Origin: Vitrella brassicaformis CCMP3155
Taxonomy: Eukaryota; Protista; Chromerida
DNA: 64,000 nt
Reading direction: 5' to 3'
NCBI GenBank assembly: GCA_001179505.1
Contig: CDMY01000770.1
Location: 1-64,000, forward strand
The position numbers and the translations under genes were made by a program. Below the pieces are notes generated by a model. That model made no database searches. It saw nothing but the letters and a program-made list of their open reading frames with translations, and was not told the DNA's origin. Positions 38,459-50,433 of this stretch are shown one piece after another (the first letter of the stretch is position 1; the number at the start of each line of letters is the position of its first letter).

Positions 38459-40245
38459 GGCAAAATAGAGAGAGGGCCACACTACGCATCGATGAATGCG
38501 GCGAACGGATGAATACCTGCCGGAATTGCCCTTGTCTGCAACCAACAAGCAGTGGCACAGACACAGATGCCTCTCTGTTCATGGTATCACTCACCGATGT
38601 CTGCCCGGTGTTCGAGGACAGAGAACCCTTTTTCCAGGCCACGACGATCGGGCAGTTGACCGTTCTCGTCGCACTCAGGGAAGACTATGTTCTCTGTGGA
38701 CCCGCCAGGGCGGCCCTGATTCTGCGGCGGCATTCTCCACATCCCACGCTCCACCACATCATTCTTATCTTCCGGATAGCTGTGTGCACAAATAGCAAAG
38801 AAGAAGCAATCGCACCATAAAACGACGCCATCTGGGTCGGTCGCGTGTTCGGTCACCCGGCGAAGATCAGTCCCGGGGATTCGCCACAAAACGTGCCGAT
38901 GTCGAATGACAAGCTGTCTTGAGGCGCGTCCACCAGCCTCACCATGGCAAAATCTATTGGGACTTCTTCTTTGTAGCCCGGATCCAACTCAAGCCATGGT
39001 CGGTAGATGCGGGCCTCGTCTGCATCAACACATGGCAGCACCTCCTCGCCATTGAAGCCGGGACAGAACCTGCCGCCCACAAATTTCGACTGGGGCTCAG
39101 CTAGCAGACACACAGAAAGGAAAACAGAAAGGCAGACGTGAACAACATGGACCGACTGTGTTGTTCGTCTGTGTGTGCTCTGCTCTCTCTTACACTCTCT
39201 ATTCCACAAGCAGTGTGCATTGGTCAGGACGAATCTGTCGAACACCAGGTTGCCCGTGCAGAAGAAAGGTTGCCCGTCGAGATCCAGCTCCAACAACCCA
39301 ACGCCCTTCCACGGCTCCTCCCCGGACTCATCGAGTGACACGCGGACACGATCATCGGGATCGAAACAGTGCAGCGGCACTCGCCCACCAACTGCACGCC
39401 GTCGACGAGCCGGGCACGTTTGCTCTTGCTCGCTCGTTGCTGCAGTGCTGTTGCCCGACACCCTGAAGCGCCTGTCGACACGATTTGGGTCACTGCTCTT
39501 GACACACACACCAGCAGTAGACGTCCCGTTGTGAGGCTCCTCCTCCACTCTGCAGGCCAGAATGTCTTTCTGAGCTTCACCCGTGCCGTCCATCAGATAG
39601 ACGTCGCCGGTCTTCCCTGAGAACGGCAGACTGCTTAGCAGCGAACCGGGCCATTCGCCTTCTCCCACCCTCCTGCCGCATTCCCACACTCCTGGCGATC
39701 TGGTTCATCCGGCCCAGGTACACAATTCTGCTTGGCCGCGTGCGGCTGAGGATCGTAGGCAGCTCGCTCTCGGGCGGTAGAATCAACTGCCTACACGAGC
39801 AAAACGAGAAGCTGTCAGTCGCTACCTTCTCAGTGCGCATATGCTCACCTGTTAAGGGCATCACCAATGCAGCCTCGTCCGATGTCGTCCTCAAGCACGT
39901 CAGCGTCCTGGCATAAGGCCAGACAGAGGCTGGCAAAGGACGTGCCGTCCTCGGAACACACAGGGCCGGACAGCAGGTCACGAAGAGCAGCTGACGAGTG
40001 CAGAAAAGGTTCCGACTGCCGCAGGCTGAGCTTCGTTCCACATTCACACAGCCCCTCACGGAAACGCAAGACACCTGCAAGGCAGCCGAATGCAAGATCC
40101 CCCTCCCTCTGTGTTCTCACCTGTGCTGAAACGAGGACGAGCTTGGGCTGAGGAGAGGCGAGTGAGCACCCATGCCATCAACAATACAGGGAGATCCATC
40201 AACATCGCTGAGCTTCGTGGCATGCATGTGCCGTTGGGTGGCCAT
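38277..40245 (-). CDS. Trypsin-like (S1B/V8-type) serine protease with an N-terminal Kazal-like motif; multi-exon, 5' end uncertain
   Basis: PWKGVGLL..FCTGNLVFDRFVLTNAHCL (His), PIDFAMVRL (Asp) and spliced ADIDKGNSGS (Ser). Upstream PVCSEDGTSFASLCLALCQ resembles the Kazal PVCG-DG-T-Y--C-A-C motif. Confidence 0.75.
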
Positions 40246-40659
40246 GTATCGTTGTCTGGCCGCGTGGGGGCGAAGTCTCAGACTCGAAGGTTCGGGGGGG
40301 TTTGTATATGCAAGCACCACTGTGCCAGACGCCTGACGAGGGTGAGCGAGAGGAAGAGAGGGACAAAGACAACACCGGCCTGGGGGATAACGAGGAGGCC
40401 CCGTGCACCACTCGACTCGCAACGAGCGAGGAGGAGGCTGTGGCGCCAACAGCGAGGGAGGAGCCAGTGCAACGACTCACTTCCCTGCCATTCCCTGACC
40501 CTGCATTCGCCGCCCAAGTCGAGCCGATTCTTAGCAGGTGAGGAGAGAACGCTCCAGGGAGGGCACATCAGCGTCTCACTCTTGTCGTCCCTTTTCTGTT
40601 CGTAAAGCCTCAAGGCCATTCGCGAGAACATCGGAAGTTGGCGTCGCACATCCCTGCCA

Positions 40660-41701
40660 ATGACCTCCCCATCATCTCCGGTGTATCCGAAGCTCAACGA
40701 GGAGACACCGCAGCACATGATGTTGACGGAGCGAACCTATCGCAGCAACCTCCCTCGCTCACCGCTGGCACGCTCGCCAAACCGCGGAGGCCCCGTGCAG
40801 CAGAGCATAGCCGGCACGGAGACGGGCGACGCAAAAGAAGGAGGCGGAGCAGTGCTCAAGTTCCGCCTGCCAGAGCATTCAGACTGTGAGCTGCATATGA
40901 TGGGGACGGAAGACAATGCCAAGCAGCAAGAGGAGAGCAATGACGACGAGCAGGAGGAGCAAGCTGACGGCGAGAAGGCCAAGAAGGGAAGCAGTGGCAA
41001 GAAGCTGGCTGTGAAGGTGCCTGCGCTGTCCCTCGGTGAGTCGGCTGGCAAATGCCTCCCAGTGCGCCTCACGGCCCCCACCAAGTTCTACATCGGCACG
41101 CCAGAGGTCAATTCTCCTGATGGACTGCTAGTGAGCCCCAGCAACGAGGTTGAAGCCCCTGAGGAGATGCCTAACATGAAGAAGAAGCAGCGCAAGCACA
41201 ACAAGATGCCACTGTTGATGTTCCTGGTAAGTGAGAGGGTGGTCTTGTGTGGGTCCCATACCTGTTGCCTTCGATGCGTGTGTGCAGCTTCAGCCGCTGG
41301 TGACTCTGTATCGCTGGCTGAATGCGCTGCCCCTAATCACACAGCTGCTCATCGCGGCCGTCGCCCTCCCGCTGCTGCCCGCCGCACTCATCTCGTTCAT
41401 CCCTCTGCTGGTCAGCGATGGCTGCCAATGTGTCTGAATGGTCGGTCCATCTGATGTGCTGTGCATGGCGTGTGTCGCTCAGGTCGTTCTGCTGACGTGC
41501 GCTACGGGCGCCATGTGGGCTTTGGTTGGCGTGTGGGTGGCCCTCGCCATCATCACGATGGCAGTGAGGCCCGCTGAGGTGACATGGGAGGTTCTGCCGC
41601 ACATAATGGCATGGCTGAACGAGCAGGGCCTCAAAAGCAAGAGGGGCAGAGGGTGGAGTGGCGCCTTCTCCTCCGGCCAGGAGGAGGGAGCCGATGACTG
41701 A
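40660..41701 (+). CDS. Hypothetical membrane protein with a disordered acidic N-terminus and C-terminal hydrophobic segments; 3 exons
   Basis: ORF 40660 runs to a GT donor at ~41227, then exons LQPLVTLYRWLNALPLITQLLIAAVALPLLPAALISFIPLL and VVLLTCATGAMWALVGVWVALAIITMA..ADD*. Confidence 0.6.
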
Positions 41702-42265
41702 GTGGTTGAGAGAAGTAAAGGATAGCATGTTGGACGTTCACATTCGCTGTGTGCCTGAATGAGCATCAATGACGACAGCTCGTCAATGTCCGTCATGTGC
41801 TTGGTCACGTGTGCCTGAGACCGATTGTACGTCAAACAATCGCCGGCAAAGCAGCGGGCAGACCAGCTGCAGCGCAGTCTGCGCCTCCTCTCAGCCTCAT
41901 AGTGCGTGTACTGCTGGGTGTGTACATGGACATAAAGAGTGCATGGGCCGTCCCCTCCAACGACTCTCATGGAAGAGTTTACAGCGTCCAGCTCGCATAT
42001 CGCGAGAGAGAGGATCAAAAGGACTGGGGAGAGCGGCAACGCCTTCTTATGACACTCACGGTGCCACGAAGGTGTTGATCTTTGAGTGTTGAGGAGTGAG
42101 GATTTGCTTCCGAGAGGCCTCAAGACATCGGGTTCGTCGAGCAGGAGAAGTACCAGCAACCATTCCTGACTGATCAGTCGCAGCCACTTATCCCACCGCC
42201 TTTGTTCGCATCTTATCGTCTCCACCTCAGAAGCGGCAGCAGCTCTATCGCCTGTGGCTGACACG

Positions 42266-45011
42266 ATGGCTCACAGAAAAGACCCTATCAAACAGATGCC
42301 ATCTGACAGCTCGACGCTGCCCTCGACGCTGCCCTCGACGCTGCCCTCGACGCTGCCCTCGACGCTGCCCTCGCCACTCGACGACACTCAAGAAGGCAAG
42401 AATCAGGTCGGTGGCTGTCGCGCCGGGCTGATTGGCATGGTGAAGGGCATGGATCCGCGGAGTTTGATGGGCTATCTGAGGCGCGTGGTGGACAGCTTCG
42501 GTCTCCACTTCACCCTGTATATGGTGTCCACGTACTTCTTCGTCAAGGGTAAGAAACACAAGAGGCGGAGAGAGATATGCGTATGCATGTGCCTGTCGGC
42601 TGGTGGTGTTTCGCTGCGCTGTGTTGCAGGCGCGATGTATCAGTATTTCTACGTGGTACAGTTGCCTTACTTTAAGCAGCTGGGGCTGGACGCGCTTGCT
42701 TATCAGGCCAACTATACAGTGTCGTTCGCTCCCTGGGCGATGAAGGGTACGCAAACACCACACGCACACGACCTCCATGAAGGGGAGGCTTTCATCAGTG
42801 TGCTGTGCTGTGCTGGGCATCCATCGTTTGTGCAGGGCTGATCGGAGGTGAGAGGGTTAGGTAACTGAGGCAGTGATGGTACACTCATTCTGATGCCTGT
42901 ATTGCAGCGTTGAGTGACTCCTTTCCACTGTTCGGATATCACAAGAGGTAAAAGCTGAGGAACAACGCAACACACGCCTGCCATTGAGCATTGAGCATTT
43001 TTCGTTCGTCATTTCTGTGCATCAGGCACTACATCACCATCACGACGCTCTTCGGAACAGCCGCATGCGTCGCGCTGGCCCTGCTGCCTCTAGAAAGTAG
43101 GCCTGTGTGTGTGTGTGCGTGTTTGTCTACTCTACTGGCATCAGCGAATACCGCTGTGTTTCCTTTCAGCTGCTCGCCTCATGCCGCCCGTCATCGCCTT
43201 GTTGTTCTTCTTCGCGCACCTGCAAATGTCATCGACAGACCTGCTGGTCGAAGGTGAGCCCCCCTCGTTGCCTCCCATGCATTTGTCTGCACCTATGTGC
43301 GCTGTGTGTCACCATAGGCAAGTATGCAGAGCTTATGGTTAAAAAGCCCGAGACCAAGGGCGATGCGGTAACGTTCGTGTGGTCGGTGATCACGCTCGGG
43401 ATGCTCGTGGCGTCAGCGACCGTGGGCATCGTGTCTGAGCGCCTGTCGGCTCGCTTCGTCTTTTGGATTTGCGCCCCAATGGCCTTCCAGCTCATCGTTC
43501 CGACTCTCATGGGCTACCTGCCAGAAGAGCGGGTTCCCAAGGAGGACAACAATCGCTTCAAATGTGAAAAGATCAGGTTTGTGCACCACCGCACTGGCTG
43601 ACTGACGCCTGACTGTACATATGACATGAATGTGCATGTGGGTGTCCACAGGCATCAGTGGAAGTTCTTCTCGCTGGCGTGCGTCATGGCTGCGTGCGCC
43701 CTGGGGGTGGCCTTTGTGTCGGTGTTCACCTCGCCGACGGTGCAGCTGGTGTATGCCCTCGGCATCTCGACCGTGCTGGTGTCTGCGTCCTTCTACCTGC
43801 TGCCCAGGGTGCTGGCGTCGTGCAATGTGTATATGTTCCTCTCCACCGCTCTCTATATTCAAGTCACTGGGGCCGTTGACTACTTCTACACCGCCGAAGC
43901 CGACTGCCTGCCTGGTGGACCCGGCTTTGACATGGTCTTCTACACCACCTGGTCCAATGTCGGTAGGTCAACGCACCATCACACCGGTAGATGGCATCGA
44001 CAGAGAACACTCCGTGCGTTGTGTTGTCTTTTGTGTGACGTGCAGCTGGTGTTGTGTGCCAGGGGATCGGTGTGTGGTTCTTCCAGGTGGTCATGATCAA
44101 CTGGACGTTCAGACAGATGTTCTGGTAAGCAATGCAAAAAACACACGAAGCTGGCCTGACTGCAAGACACGTGTGCATGTCCGGATGCAGGATCACCACG
44201 GCCATCAAGTGCGTGGCGGCCTTAGTGGACATCGTGATAGCCGAGCGGTGGAACATCATGATCGGCTTGCCTGACATGGCGACATACCTCATCGGATCCG
44301 CCATCATATTTAGGATTACAGAGATGATGGACTTTAGTACGCCAACACAACAAGGGGGAGGGATGGGAACACTCAGCACCAATCATGGTTCTGTCTGTGT
44401 GTCTGACCGATAGTGCCGTCTGTGATTCTCATCTCCAAGCTGTGCCCGCCACGCATGTACGCCACAGACAGCATCACGTCGATGATACGCACGCACACAG
44501 ACAGACAGACAGACAGTGTCTGGACTCTCTCTGCTTTGTGTGTCCTTCGTGAAGGGAGGCAACGGCCTATGCGATTCTTGCGGGCTTCGCCAACATGGGT
44601 CAGGCCGTGAGTCGTGGCGTGGGCGCCTTCATGATCAAGGGATTCGGCGTCCAGACGGAGGGCGAGTGCAACTTCGAGGGCTACTCGATGATGCTGCTGG
44701 TGTGCCAGTTCCTCCTCCCTCTGCTCTCAATTCCCTTCACTTGGCTTCTCCTCCCCAATGCCAAGGCAGATCAGAGCCTGCTGAACGGTACGCTCGTTCC
44801 TGCCTGCTTGATCCGTGCGATAATACTCTCTCTCTCTATGTGTGTGTGTGTGTGTGTGTGTTGTGCAGCCGATCAGCTGAGGGAGACTGAGGCTGCAATG
44901 GGCATCGCCGATTCGGAGGACTCCACTGGCACCGGCTCACCAGACATTGAGAAGCGGCAGACCCAGCCAGCTGCCGACGATGACAGCAGTGCGGCGCCGC
45001 CCTATCTCTGA
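42266..45011 (+). CDS. BT1-family folate/biopterin transporter (MFS); multi-exon
   Basis: FKQLGLDALAYQ..PWAMKGLIG..SDSFPLFGYHKRHYI; DLLVEGKYAELM; LISKLCP..MYA..AGFANMG..G. Many TM segments. Confidence 0.88.
42310..42369 (+). repeat. 12-bp coding tandem repeat (ctcgacgctgcc) x5 encoding (STLP)n in the BT1 N-terminus
   Basis: Five perfect consecutive units read directly in the sequence. Confidence 0.95.
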
Positions 45012-45782
45012 TCGATCGACTGACTGCTCTGCCGCAGCCGTCCAATCGAACCAGGTGGCCGCAGGGCAACTTGTTGTGTATAGGATGCGGAGGAAGAGGG
45101 CCTTTTGTGGTCGATTCAGTTAATTGTGACACTGATTCGTGTCTGTTATGTGATCGGTGGTGTTTCTCTCTCTGCTTCGATGACTGTTAAGACGAAAGTG
45201 ATGGCCGGTGCTTCTCTGCCCCCAATGATGTGCATGAATGCACCGGCCATCAATGCAGTATGAACTGCCATCCACGGTAGAGAGAGGTGCCTGTCGGTGG
45301 TCTTTCTGCGGACATGTGCATCCTTTTTTCGTCACGCATAGATTGTGCGTGGTGCATGTCTGTCTCCATCGAGTCAATATATTATGTGTCCTTGTCAGAA
45401 TGGAGCGTTTTTGTGTGTGTGATCCAAGGGAGGCCTCTGCTGTGCGGCCGATCTGGCTCTGTGCCTGCCTCCCTGTCGGTCTGTTGCACACCCTTGCGGC
45501 TTTTGAGGGGGGCGGACGCTGTCGATTGCGACCGTGTAGATGAGTCTTGTGCATCCGGATAGAGAGCGGTTGAGGGTGGGATGTGAATTTACGTTGGACA
45601 GGCCGTGGTTTGCGATGGTCATCACACAATGGACGCCGGAGGGGTGAGTTCCTCATTTATACATAGCTCTGTGAGTCAGTCTAGAGACACAAATGCGATG
45701 CACATGAGGTTCACAGAGCTCACGACCACGACAGCCAAGTACACACAGAGACAGAGCACAGAGAGACATCACACAAATACCA

Positions 45783-48654
45783 TTAGTCCCGCCACCTCAT
45801 CACACGCCGGTTGCTCTCACACCAGCCTGACATGGGGATCTCACAGACAGTATCTGGCAGTCAATTGATGTCCTCACTCACCTGAATGGATGCCCTCTTC
45901 CTCTGCCCAGCGAGAGAAGCCAGCATCCGCAAACATGCACTCAGCCAGCCGCCTACACAAAGAAAGACACAAATATGTCCACTCCTCACGACACTCATCA
46001 AGAGCATACTTGGATCGGTTCCGTTCGCTTTCGAGGTCGTTCTCATCCATGATTCCTCGTGTGTCCCTCGCGGCCACTGCGTGCACATGTGTGGCTCTCA
46101 TGGCCGCCTGGGGCAGGGCAAACTCAGACAGAGAGGGGGAGACGGGGCAGAGGGATGCGCCCCAAAGAGGAGAGGACTCTGTCGTGACGATGGGGCTCAA
46201 GCGGGAGACAAAGATATCAGGGGACCTGCAAGATGTACACCTCAGCGTCGTGTGACATCTCGTCACGCTTCTTACGTTTGTGAGGTTGTGCACGGTGCGT
46301 TCTCGCCATTTGCGGCATGTTCCCGCCAGCCGCAGTGTTGGCCGTCCCCGTCATTGGAAAAATCGAGACGTGAAGTCTCGAGAGCAGGCTGCAGCTCCGA
46401 AGGAAGGGGCGAGGACGGCGGGCATCGATCCAGTCGGCCTTGGAAGGAACTCACAAGCTCCTTGAGCCTCGCCAAGTCCGACATCGGTGGCCGTACACAC
46501 GAATAAGAAGTGTCTCCGTGCCCTGCTTCAAGGAGAGAGACATACAAGCAGTTGCCACGGCCTGGTGCTGCGCAATCACCTGTACTCACCGAATTGGCAG
46601 AGGCGCGATACTGTGGCTGGACTTACGTCCCTGGGCCCTTCTCTTGCCTCTGTCAGCTCCCTCTTGATATTTTCAGCCCTAGTCAAAGCATCCACTTTAT
46701 GTCTCACATGTACCGCTCCACCTCGGCAGCTTCGGCGCCTCAGCGTCTTGGTCTTGGTCGTGGGCAAAGGCGACAGCCTCAACCTAGTCGAAGGCGACCT
46801 GCTTAGAGACGTGAGCGGCTGCAGCGTGGCCTCCGTCCCGCGCCGATCAGATTCCCAGCAGACTCCTCCTTCTTTCCTTGCTGCCCTCCTCAGGGTGTTC
46901 TGCGGCGGCCCTGTGGCTACCGGCGGCCGAGTGAGTGAGAACTTCTGGCTGCTGATACATGGCGTCTCTTTCTCGTCCTGGCTTTCGCTCGTCATCTCGG
47001 ATCTCATGGGAGAAACCAGCATGGAGTCGTCCGATGGGCCTTGCGTCACGTCTTTGGGTGGTCCCGGCAGCTGAGGGGGTGAAGGGGCGCTGTCCGGGGT
47101 GAGCGAGAAGGACAGAGATGAAGAGCACGACGGCTGGTCATCCACTGGCTTGTTCATTCGGGCCGACGTTAGGCTGTCACAGTCGATCGGTACTGACGTC
47201 CTGTGTCCGACCAGCAGTGGTGCAAATGTGGTTGTCTCGTCCACCGGTTGTGTCTCACTGCAGCTTGTTTCGAGCCGCTCCAATGACGGCAGCAGCGGGA
47301 CAACAGGGGGCGAGAAGGATAGTCCATTCGGAGGCGGCACCATCACACTCGTCGACGGCAGCTCTTCACTCACATCAGACCTCGGTGTCATATCTATCTT
47401 GTCCCCAGTGTCTCCAGCCGCTTTGCGGAGATTGGAAGGTGGGCTGCTTGGCGGCGCCGGTAGCTTCAGTCTGGGGATCTGAGTCCGTTTGGGAGATGGG
47501 GGTACGACATTTGGGCGAGCGGGGGACGGCGGACGGGCTTTTGCACGAGGGATGCGAGAAGGGGGGCGGGATGTCCTTGCTTCTCTTGGGAGAGGCGTCT
47601 TCCGGGGACCTTTGACGCCGGCCTTGCGACCGCCTCTAGCCTCGGATGGGTTAGAAGGCCCGCCGCAGCCGTCGTCGCTCGTCGGCCCTCCCTTGAGTGG
47701 TGCCTCGAGGAAGCCAGTGCCATCGCCGAAAGGTACAGCCGACACCACTTCAGCAGGATGAGTCGCCAACGGAGCAGCAACGGCCTTCTCGGCTCCGTCC
47801 TTCGTTGAAATATTCTGCTGTTGGCATACGCCCTCCGTCTCTGTGCCTTTCTCATGCTTTTCCTGCGTCTCCGTCTCGTCTCCTGGGGCAGCATCCCTCA
47901 GCGTCGCCAGAATCAGATATCGATAAAGCCACACAATCAGCAGAAAGTTGAGCAGGGCCCGCACCCAATAGGGGGTCGTAAGCACAAGACCCAGGAGGAA
48001 CACAGAGCTGGGCTGAGGCAGGAAGGGGCCCATACACCCCCACAAGTCCGTAAAGAAGCACCGCCGAGCCATCAAGTCGGTGTCTCTGCCCGGTTTGCCT
48101 GTTCCCTGCCGGCAGACCCTCCGAATGGATGTTGCCGGCGAGACTTTGCGTGGCAGACATGGCTGCCTTGCAGGCGACATCCGGGCTGAGCATGTCTGAC
48201 GTCTGTGATTCCCTAGTGGCGATGCTGACTTCCTCGCCTTAGGGAGCGTTTCTGTGTGCTCGATTGACGAGTTCATGGGTGGCGAAGGGGGAGGGAGGGA
48301 GGGGGAGCGGAGGGAAGAGGATGCTTTCCTGGGCACCGAGCTGGCACTTCCTGGTGGAGGAGGAGCTGAGTGGCGGGCCCTGCCTTCGCTCGCTGAAAAC
48401 AAGACGAGACACAGACTGGTTTGTTCACTCGCTGAAAACAACCGGTTGTTACCTCTCACATTCGCCGCCCCGTTGTTTTCGAAGTAGTCTAATGCTTCCA
48501 TCCAGTCAGCCCGCCTCTTCACCTCCTGGCTGGCACGCTGTGGTGGGGAGGACGGGACGGAGCGAGGTGGCGATGCGCCGACATAATCAGGCCAGCAGAT
48601 TCTGAAGACTTCAGTGCAGGGAGGCCTGTGGGAAGTGGAGGCCTCTCCCTTCAT
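45783..48654 (-). CDS. Hypothetical Ser/Pro-rich low-complexity protein with an internal hydrophobic (TM) hairpin; long first exon
   Basis: 692-aa ORF 46576-48654 contains VFLLGLVLTTPYWVRALLNFLLIVWLYRYLIL. A gtgagt donor near 46590 splices in phase into ORFs 46272-46589 and 45874-46293, with a last exon ending TAA 45783-45785. The 3' exons are less certain. Confidence 0.55.
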
Positions 48655-48728
48655 TGATGTCCGCCCCCAGGATTTGGCCGGAATCGGATTTCGTTCCCTG
48701 CGAGCTAAGATCGCAGGGAACTGCTGAG

Positions 48729-48940
48729 TGAGTTGCCCTCCTCCGTCGGGGGTCGGGACTCGCTCCGCGTTCCGGCGGCCGCGTCGCGAAATGCATGCAA
48801 AGCCCCCAAGCTCGCATGCAAGCCCCCATCGAAGACGGTACCGAATGAAAAAGTCTCGATGGCCCCAATTACAAACAAACGAGCGACACGAACTTCGGGT
48901 AAGAGCGTGCCTCGCTCGCTAAAAGCTCGCGAGTCCCGAA
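48729..48940 (-). repeat. Dispersed ~210-bp element, copy 2
   Basis: Reverse-complement match to 19132-19340 (see copy 1). The 11-bp inverted repeat is retained. Confidence 0.92.
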
Positions 48941-49129
48941 TCGGACGTTGGGTGTGGCCGCTCCGCACCACCAGGGCGCTCGCGAGCATGAGTGTCGTGA
49001 ATCGATGTAAGCGAATACATACATTCATCAGGAATACTTAAGATAGCAAACATAGATGGCGTTTGTATACGTGCAAAGTCACCCAACAAGCACACGGAGG
49101 GCGTCGCTCACTCACTCACTCTATCACCA

Positions 49130-50118
49130 TCAGTAGCCCTCTTCCATGCGATAATATCCTCCTGCCTTCATCCGGCGTCGATAGGGCTCTGCAGCGCCCA
49201 GTGGACGGCCCGACGGCTGAGCACTCGAGTGCTCCTGGAACCCAGTCACCGACTCAGCTGCATATGATGCGCATGCCCACCAGGCAAGAGAGCAGATTAT
49301 GCAGGTATGTATCAAGTAGGCGTACACACACGTATGCAGTGGATCCACTTGCCTGTCGGTTGCTCCTCGGTCTTGTGAAGGAGCTCGTTTGGGGGGGCAA
49401 TGCCGCCATCTCTGCAGACACGGACGGACACACCCAATCAATCAATCAATCAATGCGACGGACAGATATACTGTAGAGGACTTCCAGGTCAGTCATGTGA
49501 TTGACACAAGCACGTACGAGTCCTTCTTGTGCTCTGCAGCCACATCCATACGAACACCAGACACACCCGTGCGCAGCGCAAGTGACCTTTGAGCCTTCTC
49601 CCTGCCTGCAGGTCAGGTACGTGCGGTGCCTACCTCGCTGCTGAGCGCGCGTCGCCAATACAGCAGCCCGCGCATCTGCCCACTCAGTCCACACTGAACC
49701 CGACACGTTAATTACATAATAGATAGCCATGCAGACACAAATTACATTCCTGCCCACCCACCATACACAGCCGTATGTACCTGCATACCTTCGTCAGATG
49801 GGCGCACGTGGGTCCGCAGGTATTCAAGAAAGGCAGCGTCATCACCAAGATGCTTAAGAAGACCAAGGAAGTGATCCTGGCGACACACACACACACAGAC
49901 AGACAGACAGAACAACGCGTCATCAATCACTGTGTGTGTGTCTGTGTATTCTCTGTGTGTGTCTTCTTTCTCCTTACTCTGTGCCTCAACAGCCATTTGA
50001 TGTGAATGTATACCTCCATCCTGGTGAGACCCAGAGTTTCGATCTTCCGCAAGACGGCGTTTTCCTCCTGCGGAGTGTATCGGTTGTCGCGCAGCAAAGG
50101 TTTCTGTGCGTTGCCCAT
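49130..50118 (-). CDS. Small hypothetical protein with a putative N-myristoylation start (MGNAQK); multi-exon
   Basis: Exons splice as MGNAQKPLLRDNRYTPQEENAVLRKIETLGLTRME..DHFLGLLKHL..EVWTEWADARAAVLATR..RAQEGLVRACVNHMTDLEVLYRDGGIAPPNELLHK..YYRMEEGY*. One junction needs a GC donor. Confidence 0.5.
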
Positions 50119-50433
50119 CATGTGAGCGCGAGGGGCAGCGCAGGTCAATCTCGATGCCAGCGAGTTGCTCGGCGCCTGGAGAACCAATCAAACAACACAC
50201 TCTGAGCCACACACAAAAGAGAGAAGAGAGAAGAGAGCATGGGCACGCTTGTTTGACAATACGTCTGTGTGTGCTCACACTGGATGCAAAGACCGATGGA
50301 CGGCACAGAGGGCGAAAGCACCAGCTGAATCGCGTTCGCGAAAGATCCGTTCGCGCACCTCCATGAATCAGTCAATTTTGCGCACGCGCACACCCTAGGG
50401 CGCAGACCTGCCCCAAGTGTTGATCGCCTTTTC

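Noticed and set aside
41479-42264. 261-aa minus-strand ORF
   Set aside because: It overlaps the last exon of a + gene and the BT1 upstream region, has no recognisable motif and has no supporting splice pattern.
42310-42369. Direct repeats as a CRISPR-like array
   Set aside because: Contiguous 12-bp units without spacers, in frame within a eukaryotic CDS.
45120-45656. 178-aa minus-strand ORF between convergent genes
   Set aside because: His/Thr/Arg-rich composition typical of translated AC-rich UTR sequence, with no domain signal.
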